Below, one piece after another: positions 5,783 through 14,707 of a stretch of DNA of 17,373 bases (positions are counted from its first letter, which is position 1; every line of letters begins with the position of its first letter). Source of the stretch: Candidatus Micrarchaeota archaeon (GTDB lineage: Archaea > Micrarchaeota > Micrarchaeia > Norongarragalinales > SBBD01); NCBI GenBank assembly GCA_043813365.1, contig JBDRLB010000028.1:1-17373 (forward strand). The letters run 5' to 3'. A program made the translations under genes and the position numbers. Below the pieces are notes generated by a model that worked only from the letters and a program-made list of their open reading frames with translations, made no database searches and was not told the DNA's origin.

Positions 5783-7519
5783 ATGGAGTTTTATTCCGGA
5801 TTGGGTTTCCTGATTCTTTTTGCAACAATAGGCGGCGCGCTTGCAATTAGGTTTAAGCAGCCGGCAGTGCTGGGCCTGCTTGTAATGGGGGCAATAGTGG
5901 GGCCGCATTACCTCGCATTGGTCCCTGACAGCGAAATGCTCACCGCATTTGCGGACATCGGTGCGGTGCTGCTGCTGTTCACCATCGGGATCGAGTTCAA
6001 CGTAAATAAATTATCCAAATTGGGCACGCGCGTTTTCCTGATCGCACTCTTCAAATTGGGGATCGTGTTCCTCCTTTCATACGAATTGGGCTCGATATTC
6101 GGGATTTTTTCAGAGCTGGGCAGTTTGGGGCCCCTCTACTTGGGAGCCATACTGTCCATCACTTCGACTGCCATAGTCGTCAGGATATTGGAACAGAAGG
6201 AAATGATAAACAGGAAGGAGGTCCCCATACTCGTAGCGATGCTGATCGTGGAGGACCTATTCGCCATTTTTGCGCTGACCGTATTTTCAGGCACGAACGC
6301 AGGGCATTCGCCTACATCCATCAACCTGCTGTTATCCATAATAACGGCACTGGCAATCCTTTCGGCAGTGTATCTGGTGATGCTCAGGCTGCTCAGGATA
6401 GTTTTTGACTGGCTGGTGAAATACCAGGCAGGGGAAACAATGGTGCTTACTGCATTGAGCCTCGGGGTGGGAATGAGCTACCTGGCACAGGCCGAGCCGT
6501 TGAACCTCACGCCATCAATCGGCGCATTCCTTGCGGGATCGCTGGTCGCATCCCTTCCGAAGGGCGAAGAGCTTGAGCGTGCGATCTCCCCGTTCGCGCT
6601 GGTGTTTTCTTCGCTGTTCTTCATTTCAGTGGGAATGGTAGTGGATTTGAAGTCCATCGGGCAATACTGGCAGCTGATCGCGGTAATTTCGATTGCCAAC
6701 ATCATCTTCAAATTTGCCGGAACATCGGTTTCCGCCTACCTTTTCGGCTTCTCCTCCAAATCTGCGGTTTTTTCGGGGCTTGCAATGCTTTCGGTCGGGG
6801 AATTCTCATTGCTGATTGCACGCGAGGGCTCCAAGGTCGCGGGATCATTCGACCTGCTGGGAATAACATCGGCCGTCGTGCTCATTTCCTCAATAACCAC
6901 TTCCGTTACAATCGGAAAGTACGAGTGGTTCCACGGCGTCACTTCAAACCTGATGCCCAACGCATTGAAACGGCGGGGCAGAAGGTTCTCTGAGCATATG
7001 CGGGTGATTATCGAGACGCTTGAGCAACCGGGGAGGTTTTCCGCCGCGTTGGGGAGGGCATCCGCCTCCATGCTTGACAATGCGGGGATCATCGGCCTTT
7101 TCATGGGGGTAATTTCAATAGGCTGGTACCTGTTTTCCGAATATTCGGTTAAGATTTTGGGAGCGGAAGTGAATATATTCGGCGCAATAACGGCAATTGT
7201 CGCTATCATCATCGCATACCTCGTCTACAGGCTGGCAAAATTCTTCCTGGTAGAGTATAACCTCGTAAGGCTGTCATTGCTTTCAAAGCACCCGCACGAA
7301 TTCGCCGCCTCGCACCTGGCGAGCGATTTCCTCAAGCTCATCCTTGTGCTGATTCTCTTCATTGCATCGCCTTTCCTATTCTCAGTGCTCGATGTGCCGC
7401 CGTACATCTCGAGGATAATGGTAGTTTTCATTTTTCTGGTCCTGATATGGCGGTTCATGGACCTTATTGGTTTCGAGCGGGGGAAATCCGATCGGAACCA
7501 GGTGTTTTTCAAGGAATAA
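5783..7519 (+). CDS. Cation:proton antiporter (CPA2, KefB-like) with an extra C-terminal membrane domain
   Basis: Motifs QPAVLG...G.IVGP, IGAVLLLFTIGIEF, SITSTAIV, LIVEDL, GAFLAG, FFISVG and GEFS.LIA, plus about 4 further hydrophobic segments after residue ~430. Confidence 0.92.
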   Translation: MEFYSGLGFLILFATIGGALAIRFKQPAVLGLLVMGAIVGPHYLALVPDSEMLTAFADIGAVLLLFTIGIEFNVNKLSKLGTRVFLIALFKLGIVFLLSYELGSIFGIFSELGSLGPLYLGAILSITSTAIVVRILEQKEMINRKEVPILVAMLIVEDLFAIFALTVFSGTNAGHSPTSINLLLSIITALAILSAVYLVMLRLLRIVFDWLVKYQAGETMVLTALSLGVGMSYLAQAEPLNLTPSIGAFLAGSLVASLPKGEELERAISPFALVFSSLFFISVGMVVDLKSIGQYWQLIAVISIANIIFKFAGTSVSAYLFGFSSKSAVFSGLAMLSVGEFSLLIAREGSKVAGSFDLLGITSAVVLISSITTSVTIGKYEWFHGVTSNLMPNALKRRGRRFSEHMRVIIETLEQPGRFSAALGRASASMLDNAGIIGLFMGVISIGWYLFSEYSVKILGAEVNIFGAITAIVAIIIAYLVYRLAKFFLVEYNLVRLSLLSKHPHEFAASHLASDFLKLILVLILFIASPFLFSVLDVPPYISRIMVVFIFLVLIWRFMDLIGFERGKSDRNQVFFKE

Positions 7520-7531
7520 AGGGGGGTAGAC

Positions 7532-8641
7532 ATGGTTGTGAAAAAAATGAAAAGCAGGGCGGCCGCAGAGGATAAATTTGGAACCGGATTTTCCCACAAC
7601 TTCAAGCCTGTGGAGCCATTGGATTTGGGGAAGGTCAAAACAGTAAATGATTTGGTTACTGGAATGAAAAATACTTCGTTCGGCGGCCGTACCGTGGGTG
7701 AAGCCGCGGATGTGCTGGAAGCGATGGTAAGGGACAAGGATACGTTCAAAATCCTTACGCTTTCCGGCGCGATGACCGTCGCGAAGATGAGCTATGTCAT
7801 ATGCGACATGATAGACAACGGGATGGTTGATGCCGTAATATCGACCGGCGCGCTTGTTGCGCACGGATTCATCGAATCTGCCGGGATGAAGCACTTCAAA
7901 TACGAGTGGAACATGGATGATGAAAAACTCTATTATGCGGGATATGACCGCGTTTACGATACCCTTGAGCTAGAAAAGAATCTGGATATGACCGAGAATA
8001 TCGTAAAGGAAGTGTTCAGCAAGTTCGACGCAAGCCAGCCAATTGGCAGCCATCACATCAACCGCGAGCTGGGAAAGCACCTCGTTGAAAAATTCAACGA
8101 CCGCGGAATCCTCAACAGCGCATTCAAGAAGAATGTGCCGGTTTTCATTCCGGCATTCACAGACTCGGAAATGGGGCTAGATTTTGCTCTCTACAACCGC
8201 GCAAGCAAATACCATGGCCGGAAACCGCTGGTATTCGACCCGTTCCTCGACCTGAATCATTATACCGACTTGGTATTCAGGAGCAAGAAGCTGGGGATAT
8301 TCACAATTGGGGGCGGCACCCCGCGCAATTGGGCGCAGCAGGTGGGGCCTTATCTGGACCTGATATATTATAGGATGGAAAAGTCCGGAGTGCCAAAGGA
8401 ACAGCTGGGCAACCCCGACGACTATTTCAAGCGGTTCCATTACGGCGTAAGGATCTGTCCGGATTCCGTTCATTGGGGCGGGCTCTCAGGCTGCACGTAT
8501 TCCGAGGGCGTTTCGTGGGGGAAATTCGTTCCCAGGGAAGAGGGCGGCATGTGGTCGGAAGTGTTCGAGGATGCGACAGTTGCATGGCCGATGATCGTGA
8601 AAGCAGTGCTGGAAAGGCTGCAAACTGATAAAATCAAGTAA
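7532..8641 (+). CDS. Deoxyhypusine synthase family protein (DHS-like, possibly homospermidine-forming)
   Basis: Motifs LSGAMT, ISTGA, GYDRVYD, PAFTDSE.G, GGGTPRNW, GGLSGCTYSEGVSWGK (catalytic Lys retained) and DAT..WP. Confidence 0.92.
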   Translation: MVVKKMKSRAAAEDKFGTGFSHNFKPVEPLDLGKVKTVNDLVTGMKNTSFGGRTVGEAADVLEAMVRDKDTFKILTLSGAMTVAKMSYVICDMIDNGMVDAVISTGALVAHGFIESAGMKHFKYEWNMDDEKLYYAGYDRVYDTLELEKNLDMTENIVKEVFSKFDASQPIGSHHINRELGKHLVEKFNDRGILNSAFKKNVPVFIPAFTDSEMGLDFALYNRASKYHGRKPLVFDPFLDLNHYTDLVFRSKKLGIFTIGGGTPRNWAQQVGPYLDLIYYRMEKSGVPKEQLGNPDDYFKRFHYGVRICPDSVHWGGLSGCTYSEGVSWGKFVPREEGGMWSEVFEDATVAWPMIVKAVLERLQTDKIK

Positions 8642-8662
8642 AAAATTGCGGGGAAGCGTTAT

Positions 8663-9556
8663 ATGGAAATAGGGAGAAAAGGAGCAAAAACCAATTTCAT
8701 TGCAGGGGAAAACTGCAATTATCTGGATGCGAAGGTCGTGGTTGTGCCGGTGCCGTTTGAGGGAACCGTAACTTATAAAACCGGAACAAGCAAAGGACCG
8801 GAAGCAATCATTGATGCTTCCCAGAACATAGAATGGTTCGACGAGGAACTCTTATATGAGCCGGCCCAATTGGGTTTTTTCACGATGGCGGCACTGGATG
8901 TGCGCTCGAAAAAGCCGGAGGAGGTGGCTGCGATGGTTGAGGAATCTGTCAGCCAGCTATTGGAAGATGGGAAGTTCCCGATGCTCCTCGGGGGCGAGCA
9001 TTCGGTAAGTGCAGGCGCATTTTCCGCATTCAGGAAAAAATTCGGGGATTTCACGATCCTGCAGTTTGATGCGCATCCCGATCTGAGGGAAGATTATGAG
9101 GGAAGCAAGTACAGCCATGCTTGCATCATGCGCCGCGCCTTCGACCTCGGAATCGGCATAGTCCAAGTCGGGATTAGGGGTGTGTGCAGGGAAGATTATG
9201 AATTCATGGAAACCCACAAAGGAAAGGTGCGGACTTTTTATGCAAAGGACATGGGAGAATGGGACTTGAACAAGATAGTTGATTCGTGCTCGGAAAAAGT
9301 CTACATATCCTTCGATATAGACGCATTCGACAGTTCGGTCATGCCCGCAACAGGGACGCCTGAGCCCGGCGGCGTATACTGGCGCCAGGTCGTCGGGATA
9401 CTCCAAGCGATAAGCAACAGGAAAAAAATCATCGGCGCCGATGTGGTGGAGCTCCTCCCGACCCCAGGTTTGCACGCTTGCGATTTCCTGGCGGCGAAGC
9501 TGGCATATAAAATAATCGGCTGTGCCTTGAAAAAGAATAATTCCGTGAAAAAATAA
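8663..9556 (+). CDS. speB: Agmatinase (ureohydrolase)
   Basis: Metal-binding and family motifs GGEHS, FDAHPDL, SHAC, SFDIDAFD and GTPEPGG. Confidence 0.95.
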   Translation: MEIGRKGAKTNFIAGENCNYLDAKVVVVPVPFEGTVTYKTGTSKGPEAIIDASQNIEWFDEELLYEPAQLGFFTMAALDVRSKKPEEVAAMVEESVSQLLEDGKFPMLLGGEHSVSAGAFSAFRKKFGDFTILQFDAHPDLREDYEGSKYSHACIMRRAFDLGIGIVQVGIRGVCREDYEFMETHKGKVRTFYAKDMGEWDLNKIVDSCSEKVYISFDIDAFDSSVMPATGTPEPGGVYWRQVVGILQAISNRKKIIGADVVELLPTPGLHACDFLAAKLAYKIIGCALKKNNSVKK

Positions 9557-9732
9557 TTGGGATGGTGATTGAAGCCCGCACAAAAACCGCAATTCGTAAT
9601 CGAAAAAATCCAAAAAATGCCGAAAATTAACCAAAAAACAGTTTTTAGGGGACAAGCCGGGAAAAAATAAAAAAATAATTTACGAGGGAAAATCGGAAAA
9701 TTGGCGCAACGCTGAAATTTCCAAAAGATATG

Positions 9733-9740
9733 TTTAAATA
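9733..9740 (+). promoter_or_regulatory. Putative TATA box for the speD-like gene
   Basis: TTTAAATA preceded by a purine-rich BRE-like CAAAAGA. A GGGTGA SD lies upstream of ATG 9842. Confidence 0.45.
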
Positions 9741-9841
9741 TGAGATTCGGTTATTAATTATGTTTATTTTTTTGCGGAAAAATTATTTGTTCCGAAAAAA
9801 ATGGAAAAAAAATGTTGTTAAAAAGGGTGATCGGCTGACAA

Positions 9842-10240
9842 ATGCACGGACCACATTTGATGTTGGATTGCTATGGATGCGATAAAAAGGCACTGAACGA
9901 CATGAACGTCGTCTTCAAATGCCTCGACGAGCTTCCTGAAAAGATAAGAATGACGAAAATGACCCTGCCGTATTGTGTTTATTGGCCGGGTGGCACGCCG
10001 AATGATGGCGGGGGAATAAGTGGTTTCGTCCTTATAGCGGAGTCGCATATCAGCATTCACACATTCCCGGAACTTGGGTACCTGACCTTTGATATCTATT
10101 CCTGCAAGGAATTTGACAAGAGGCGGGTAATTGGTTTCCTGAACGAGCTTTTCAAGCCCGCTAAGATTGAGGAACAATTCGCCCACCGCGGAATGATGAA
10201 TGTGCAGAAAGTTGCGGTTCCAGCGCATCAGAAAGCTTGA
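9842..10240 (+). CDS. speD: Pyruvoyl-dependent decarboxylase proenzyme, S-adenosylmethionine decarboxylase (SpeD/SpeH) family
   Basis: G.HL.LD.YGC, GGISGFVLIAE|SHISIHTFPE (self-cleavage site) and FDIYSC. Substrate cannot be determined from sequence. Confidence 0.92.
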   Translation: MHGPHLMLDCYGCDKKALNDMNVVFKCLDELPEKIRMTKMTLPYCVYWPGGTPNDGGGISGFVLIAESHISIHTFPELGYLTFDIYSCKEFDKRRVIGFLNELFKPAKIEEQFAHRGMMNVQKVAVPAHQKA

Positions 10241-10264
10241 TTTTTTCTTTTTTTATCTTTTTTT
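10241..10264 (+). terminator. Archaeal oligo(T) terminator
   Basis: TTTTTTCTTTTTTTATCTTTTTTT immediately after the speD stop codon. Confidence 0.7.
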
Positions 10265-10351
10265 CACATTTTCCAATCGCCCAGTTGGAACTCTACCGAA
10301 TCGTTTTTATACTGAAAAGTGCTCTATTAATCATTAACGGGAGCGGGGTAG

Positions 10352-10753
10352 ATGGGTTTGAAAAAGCATATTCGAAGGAGCGTGCCACGCCATAGGGGCA
10401 AAACCGAAACGGCACTGAAAGCGAGCATTGTCCCACATGACGCCGAAATGGAGCTTTTGAAGAACATCGTCATGAAGAGGCATCGCGAATGGCGGAAACC
10501 GAAGAGGACGCACTATTGGCCGTATCTGGCGGTTCTTGCAATAATTTCCTACGGTTGTTATTTATTGGTAAACCCCGAACACCAGCTGACAGGGCTCTCC
10601 CAGGCGCTTGTTTTCATTTCCACCCTGATCCTTACTACCACATTCCTCTTCCTATTAGCAACCAGGATGAAGGAAACCTCGTTCACACGCCTCGAGGAAA
10701 ATGTTGAAAACGAAATACTGTCCATGCGCATTGAAAAGGCTGCTAAGCGATGA
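10352..10753 (+). CDS. Hypothetical membrane protein (2 TM segments, basic N-terminus)
   Basis: 133-aa ORF with a GGGGT SD and two hydrophobic segments. ATGA overlap with the next gene. Confidence 0.7.
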   Translation: MGLKKHIRRSVPRHRGKTETALKASIVPHDAEMELLKNIVMKRHREWRKPKRTHYWPYLAVLAIISYGCYLLVNPEHQLTGLSQALVFISTLILTTTFLFLLATRMKETSFTRLEENVENEILSMRIEKAAKR

Positions 10754-12330
10754 ATAAACATTTACGCGCCATCATATTCCTGCTTCCCCTAATTGCAGCG
10801 ATATTGGCAGGAACCCCGGCAATAACGAACCCAACTGCCAATTCCATCACGAATCAAAGTGCTATAATTTCATTCACTACAGATTTGCCCGTCCAGGGCG
10901 CGAGGGTCGCATATGGAACTACCGAAGCTTTGGGAATCAATGCAACGGATTCGGGCAATTCCACGGGCCATAACATCCAGCTATCGGCACTGCTCCCTAG
11001 CACCCAATATTACTACAACGTAACGGCGTGCCTGGAGAATTGCGCGATGATTGGGCCGCTTACGTTCTCAACACAGCCCACCCCCGTTCCAGCACCAGCA
11101 ATAAGCAATACAGTGTTCAATTGGACTAACTCATCCGCAACAATTAACTGGACTACGGATATTCTTTCGGGTTCGGAAATTTTCTATGGCAATGCGCCTT
11201 CCCAATATTTGCACTATTTTTCGAATCCTGCTCCATTGACTTCCCACCATGTAAAAATCGATTCCTTGACGCCGGCAACAATCCATTATTTCACTGTCCG
11301 GAGCTGCAACGGCTCAAACTGCACCAATTCTTCTGAAAATTCGTTCACCACTCATGCAAACCCGGCGTCATCACCGACGCCTAGCCCCTCGCCCAGCCCG
11401 ACCCCTTCGCCAACTGAAACACCCTCGCCCAGCCCGACCCCTTCACCTTCCCCATCAACCCAGATATGCATCGACATGGATGGCGGAAGGGATTATTACC
11501 GCATGGGCTCACTGATCTCAAGCAACGAAAACGGGGACGATACGTGTGAAAGCGACCTGATTTTAAGGGAATATTTGTGCAACGACGCCTTGACAGAGGG
11601 CGGCATAATCAGGTACAAGTGCCCATATGGCTGCAGTGGCGGACGCTGCCTGGAAAAAAATGAAATGCCGCAGGAACAGGCAGCCGTTTTACCGTCCCCA
11701 AACCCAACTAGCACGCTGAATGAGAAAAGGGTGGGATTCCATACGACAGTGAGCGGTGAATTCACACCCGAAAAGGCAATTATCAGGTATTATGAGGAGA
11801 TAGTGGAGGAATTCTCCGGCGAAATCCACATAATGGTCCCCATCGATATTGCCGACTATAATTCCGGCAAAATGAGCATCTCCCCAAAACCGTACCTGAC
11901 AAAGAATGACGGGAACGGCAAGATTGAGGCGATATTCAAGGCCGAAATTGGAAAAGGTGAAAGATTCGAAATGATAATCCAGGATGCAAGGAACCTTGAC
12001 GCATCCATACTTTCGGGATTCACCGCGCCTATACTGCTTAATTTGGGCGAAATCAAGGCTGCAGCGGATTCCCAAAAAAAAATGCCATCAACGCCGGATG
12101 CAAAAGTGCAAAATGGTGCAGGTGATTTAACGGGGTTTGCAACTGGCGGGAAAACGGCTTTCCAAAACGACAACAATTGGGCGCTAGCGGCCATGCAGAT
12201 CATGCTCCTGCTTATGGGAATCCTTGCAATAAACCATTATGAGAAGGATTTCAAAGATATGAATACTGAGCAGACATCCACATTGCTCGAGGATCTTGAG
12301 GCGGATTTCAGGCGAAAAATCAGGAAATAA
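10750..12330 (+). CDS. Secreted, membrane-anchored surface protein: two FN3-like (purple acid phosphatase N-terminal type) domains, Pro/Ser/Thr linker, Cys-rich module, C-terminal TM
   Basis: Signal peptide. Two SA.I.(F/W)TTD....YG....H...(L/I)..L.P.T..Y..V..C repeats. SPTPSPSP linker. Six-Cys C.D.DGG.DYY..G...D.C...L.EY.C...CPYGC..G.C module. LTGFA motif followed by a TM helix. Many NxS/T sequons. Confidence 0.85.
   Translation: MNKHLRAIIFLLPLIAAILAGTPAITNPTANSITNQSAIISFTTDLPVQGARVAYGTTEALGINATDSGNSTGHNIQLSALLPSTQYYYNVTACLENCAMIGPLTFSTQPTPVPAPAISNTVFNWTNSSATINWTTDILSGSEIFYGNAPSQYLHYFSNPAPLTSHHVKIDSLTPATIHYFTVRSCNGSNCTNSSENSFTTHANPASSPTPSPSPSPTPSPTETPSPSPTPSPSPSTQICIDMDGGRDYYRMGSLISSNENGDDTCESDLILREYLCNDALTEGGIIRYKCPYGCSGGRCLEKNEMPQEQAAVLPSPNPTSTLNEKRVGFHTTVSGEFTPEKAIIRYYEEIVEEFSGEIHIMVPIDIADYNSGKMSISPKPYLTKNDGNGKIEAIFKAEIGKGERFEMIIQDARNLDASILSGFTAPILLNLGEIKAAADSQKKMPSTPDAKVQNGAGDLTGFATGGKTAFQNDNNWALAAMQIMLLLMGILAINHYEKDFKDMNTEQTSTLLEDLEADFRRKIRK
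11386..11444 (+). repeat. 23-bp exact direct repeat CCCTCGCCCAGCCCGACCCCTTC in the Pro/Ser/Thr linker
   Basis: Copies at 11386-11408 and 11422-11444, a 36-bp in-frame period. Confidence 0.85.
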
Positions 12331-12365
12331 TTGCGCATTTGACTTCCCGCCAAATTGGGGAGAAT

Positions 12366-12977
12366 ATGGAACTGAAAACATCAGATGGAATGAAAATTGC
12401 CGCTACCTATTACAAATCGGACAATGACGCCAAGGAAGCGATCATTTTGCTGCACATGCTCAACAGGAACCGGAATGACTGGAACGATTTTGCGCGGAAA
12501 CTGCAACCCAACTACGAGGTTATTGCAGTCGATTTCAGGGGCCACGGCGACAGCGGCGGGGATCTAAATGCATTTACTGCTGAGGATTTCCAGAAATTCA
12601 TGCTTGACGTAAAGGCTGCAAGGGAATTCCTTTCAAACAGGGGAAAAAAGACCTATGCCCTCATCGGAGGAAGCATCGGTGCCAATATAGCCCTGAATTT
12701 CGCTGTTGAAAACGATATAGGGAGGGTTGTGCTGCTTTCGCCCGGGCTGGATTACCGCGGGGTTGAAACCGGAACTTCCGCACACAAATATTTTGGGAAG
12801 GCATTGCTCGTCGCAAGTGAGGATGATTCCTATGCGGCCGACTCAACGAGAAAATTGTTTGACATGATGCTGGCAAAAAAGCAGATCAAGATTTACCGGA
12901 CAGCAGGCCACGGCACTAAAATGTTTGCCTCTACTGATCTGAACGAACTCATAATCGGATGGCTTAAAGGCCCATGA
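12366..12977 (+). CDS. Alpha/beta hydrolase
   Basis: LLHM, DFRGHGDS, nucleophile elbow GGSIG, acid in SEDD and His in GHG. Start ATG 12366 follows a GGGGAG SD. Confidence 0.9.
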   Translation: MELKTSDGMKIAATYYKSDNDAKEAIILLHMLNRNRNDWNDFARKLQPNYEVIAVDFRGHGDSGGDLNAFTAEDFQKFMLDVKAAREFLSNRGKKTYALIGGSIGANIALNFAVENDIGRVVLLSPGLDYRGVETGTSAHKYFGKALLVASEDDSYAADSTRKLFDMMLAKKQIKIYRTAGHGTKMFASTDLNELIIGWLKGP

Positions 12978-12998
12978 TGGCCAAGGGATGTGTTACGC

Positions 12999-13922
12999 AT
13001 GCAAAAAATTCCGAAAGAAACATCAATCAGGGCCAATCACCGGCAAATCATCCTAATCCTGCTGCTTTTCCTAGTAATAGCGCTGGTGTTCTTCCAGTTC
13101 TACAAGCCCGACAGCAAGCTGGTGATAGATGCGGAAGGGAGGATACATTATCCGGCAGAACGTGGGGCAATTTCCGCAACAGAAGAATTGCTTTCCAATG
13201 ACGGCGCATACCTGCTTTACGGGATAAGTTACGACTCCAATGGCACCAAGGTATATGGGAAGCTATGGATCCCCAACTCGTCAGGGAAGCATGCGGCAAT
13301 TCTCTTTTTGCCCGGTGCAGGCGTGACGAAGGACGCGGGCCTCGATTATGCCAACATGCTTAGGGGAAAGGGAATTGCGGTTTTGGCAATTGACCAGAGG
13401 GGCATGGGTGAAACAGCTGCAACGGGCACAATGAGTTTGCAGGACGAATTCAACGAATTCATTTTGGGAAGGGAATACGGAAGCATTCTGATGGTTTATG
13501 ATGCATTGCGGGCGTTCGATTATTTGCGCCAGCGGCCCGACATAGATGGGAATAAAATTGCGGTAGCCGGGGAAAGCATGGGAGGGAGGAATGCCATTAT
13601 CGCAGGTGCCATTGAAAAGAGGTTCCGGATAGTGATGGGCATCTCAACGGGAGGGTATGGCATGCCTTTGTCGCAAAATGCGAATGCAACAAGGTTCCTC
13701 CGCACGTTCGACCCCGAAAACTATATTGGCATGATTGTCCCCCGGAAAACTGTAATCATCCACTCAACGGAAGACGGAGTGCAGCCATTCGAGATAGGGA
13801 AGCGGACTTTTGAGCGTGCCAATGAGCCAAAAATTTTTTACGCTGTGGGATGCAAGACGCACGGGTTGTGCCAGGAAATGTTCCCCATAATAACAAAAGA
13901 AATAGCCGAAGCGATTGGATGA
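12999..13922 (+). CDS. N-terminally anchored alpha/beta hydrolase (acetylxylan esterase / dienelactone hydrolase-like)
   Basis: N-terminal TM, DQRGMGE, RAFDYL..RPDID..KIAV.GESMGG, HSTED and THG. Confidence 0.9.
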   Translation: MQKIPKETSIRANHRQIILILLLFLVIALVFFQFYKPDSKLVIDAEGRIHYPAERGAISATEELLSNDGAYLLYGISYDSNGTKVYGKLWIPNSSGKHAAILFLPGAGVTKDAGLDYANMLRGKGIAVLAIDQRGMGETAATGTMSLQDEFNEFILGREYGSILMVYDALRAFDYLRQRPDIDGNKIAVAGESMGGRNAIIAGAIEKRFRIVMGISTGGYGMPLSQNANATRFLRTFDPENYIGMIVPRKTVIIHSTEDGVQPFEIGKRTFERANEPKIFYAVGCKTHGLCQEMFPIITKEIAEAIG

Positions 13923-13959
13923 GCAATTAACCATCGAATTATGTCGGAACCAATCCCGC

Positions 13960-14571
13960 CTAAAAACCCAGTTTCTCATCCACGAAAATAATGTGAAGCC
14001 TGCCGGGTTTGGATTCGGCGTTGATTATCAGGAGCTTATTGATGGCACTTCCCTTGCCGTACACTTTTTTTGCCCTTTCCGATTCAAGAGGAAGCACATA
14101 TTCCCGCAAACGCAGCATTCCCTCCTCCAAATCCTTCACGATCTTCTGCGTCCCTACGATCCAGATGTTCTTCCCGGAAGTGAACGAATAGCCTGGCAGC
14201 TGCGATCCGGATTGTGATGCGATTATCAACTCACCTGATTCGGTAACAGCATGCACGCTCCCCAACGAGTAATCCGGCGCAGCAGCGAGCTTGCGCATTT
14301 CCCTGCCCTGCATTTTCCGGTCCAGTGATGACAACCTCTTCCTGATTGAATCATATTTCCCCGATTCATCAATTTCCTTCCTGATCCCTGCCCGCTCCAA
14401 AGAAAGCGAGGAGTAAGTAAAAACCTCCGAACCTTCCGGGATGATCGATAATGCTTTTTCCTTTGCTTCCGTTGCTGTCCGGACGAATTCAGCAGTTATG
14501 CCATTTTTTCCCAGTGTTTCGATGAGCCGCATTACTCTCACTTCATCAGCGAGCTTTTCCCAATCAGCCAT
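13960..14571 (-). CDS. LUD domain (lactate utilization LutC-like) protein
   Basis: SSLSL...G, SVHAVTE.G.LIIASQSGSQL, VGTQKIV, R..EYV.PLE and LII..E..PGR.H. ATG 14571 follows a GGGGTG SD. Confidence 0.88.
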   Translation of the reverse strand: MADWEKLADEVRVMRLIETLGKNGITAEFVRTATEAKEKALSIIPEGSEVFTYSSLSLERAGIRKEIDESGKYDSIRKRLSSLDRKMQGREMRKLAAAPDYSLGSVHAVTESGELIIASQSGSQLPGYSFTSGKNIWIVGTQKIVKDLEEGMLRLREYVLPLESERAKKVYGKGSAINKLLIINAESKPGRLHIIFVDEKLGF

Positions 14572-14707
14572 ACCCGAACACCCCCGATACAATAATACGG
14601 AGTCCGGCAATATATACCGTACGTTTAAAGCCCCGAATTCGTTGCGAAATCGGGAATTAAAACCAATATTTTAAAGGCAAGTTATTATGGATAAATGCGG
14701 TTACCGA

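Noticed and set aside
8957..9655. 232-aa minus-strand ORF and similar overlapping ORFs (e.g. 5184-5687, 7225-7749, 7382-7894, 9818-10228)
   Set aside because: They lie antisense to well-supported genes and show no motifs or translation signals.
9562..9670. Small Lys-rich ORFs (about 22-33 codons) after speB
   Set aside because: SD spacing is poor and the composition is explained by A-tracts; no recognisable motif.
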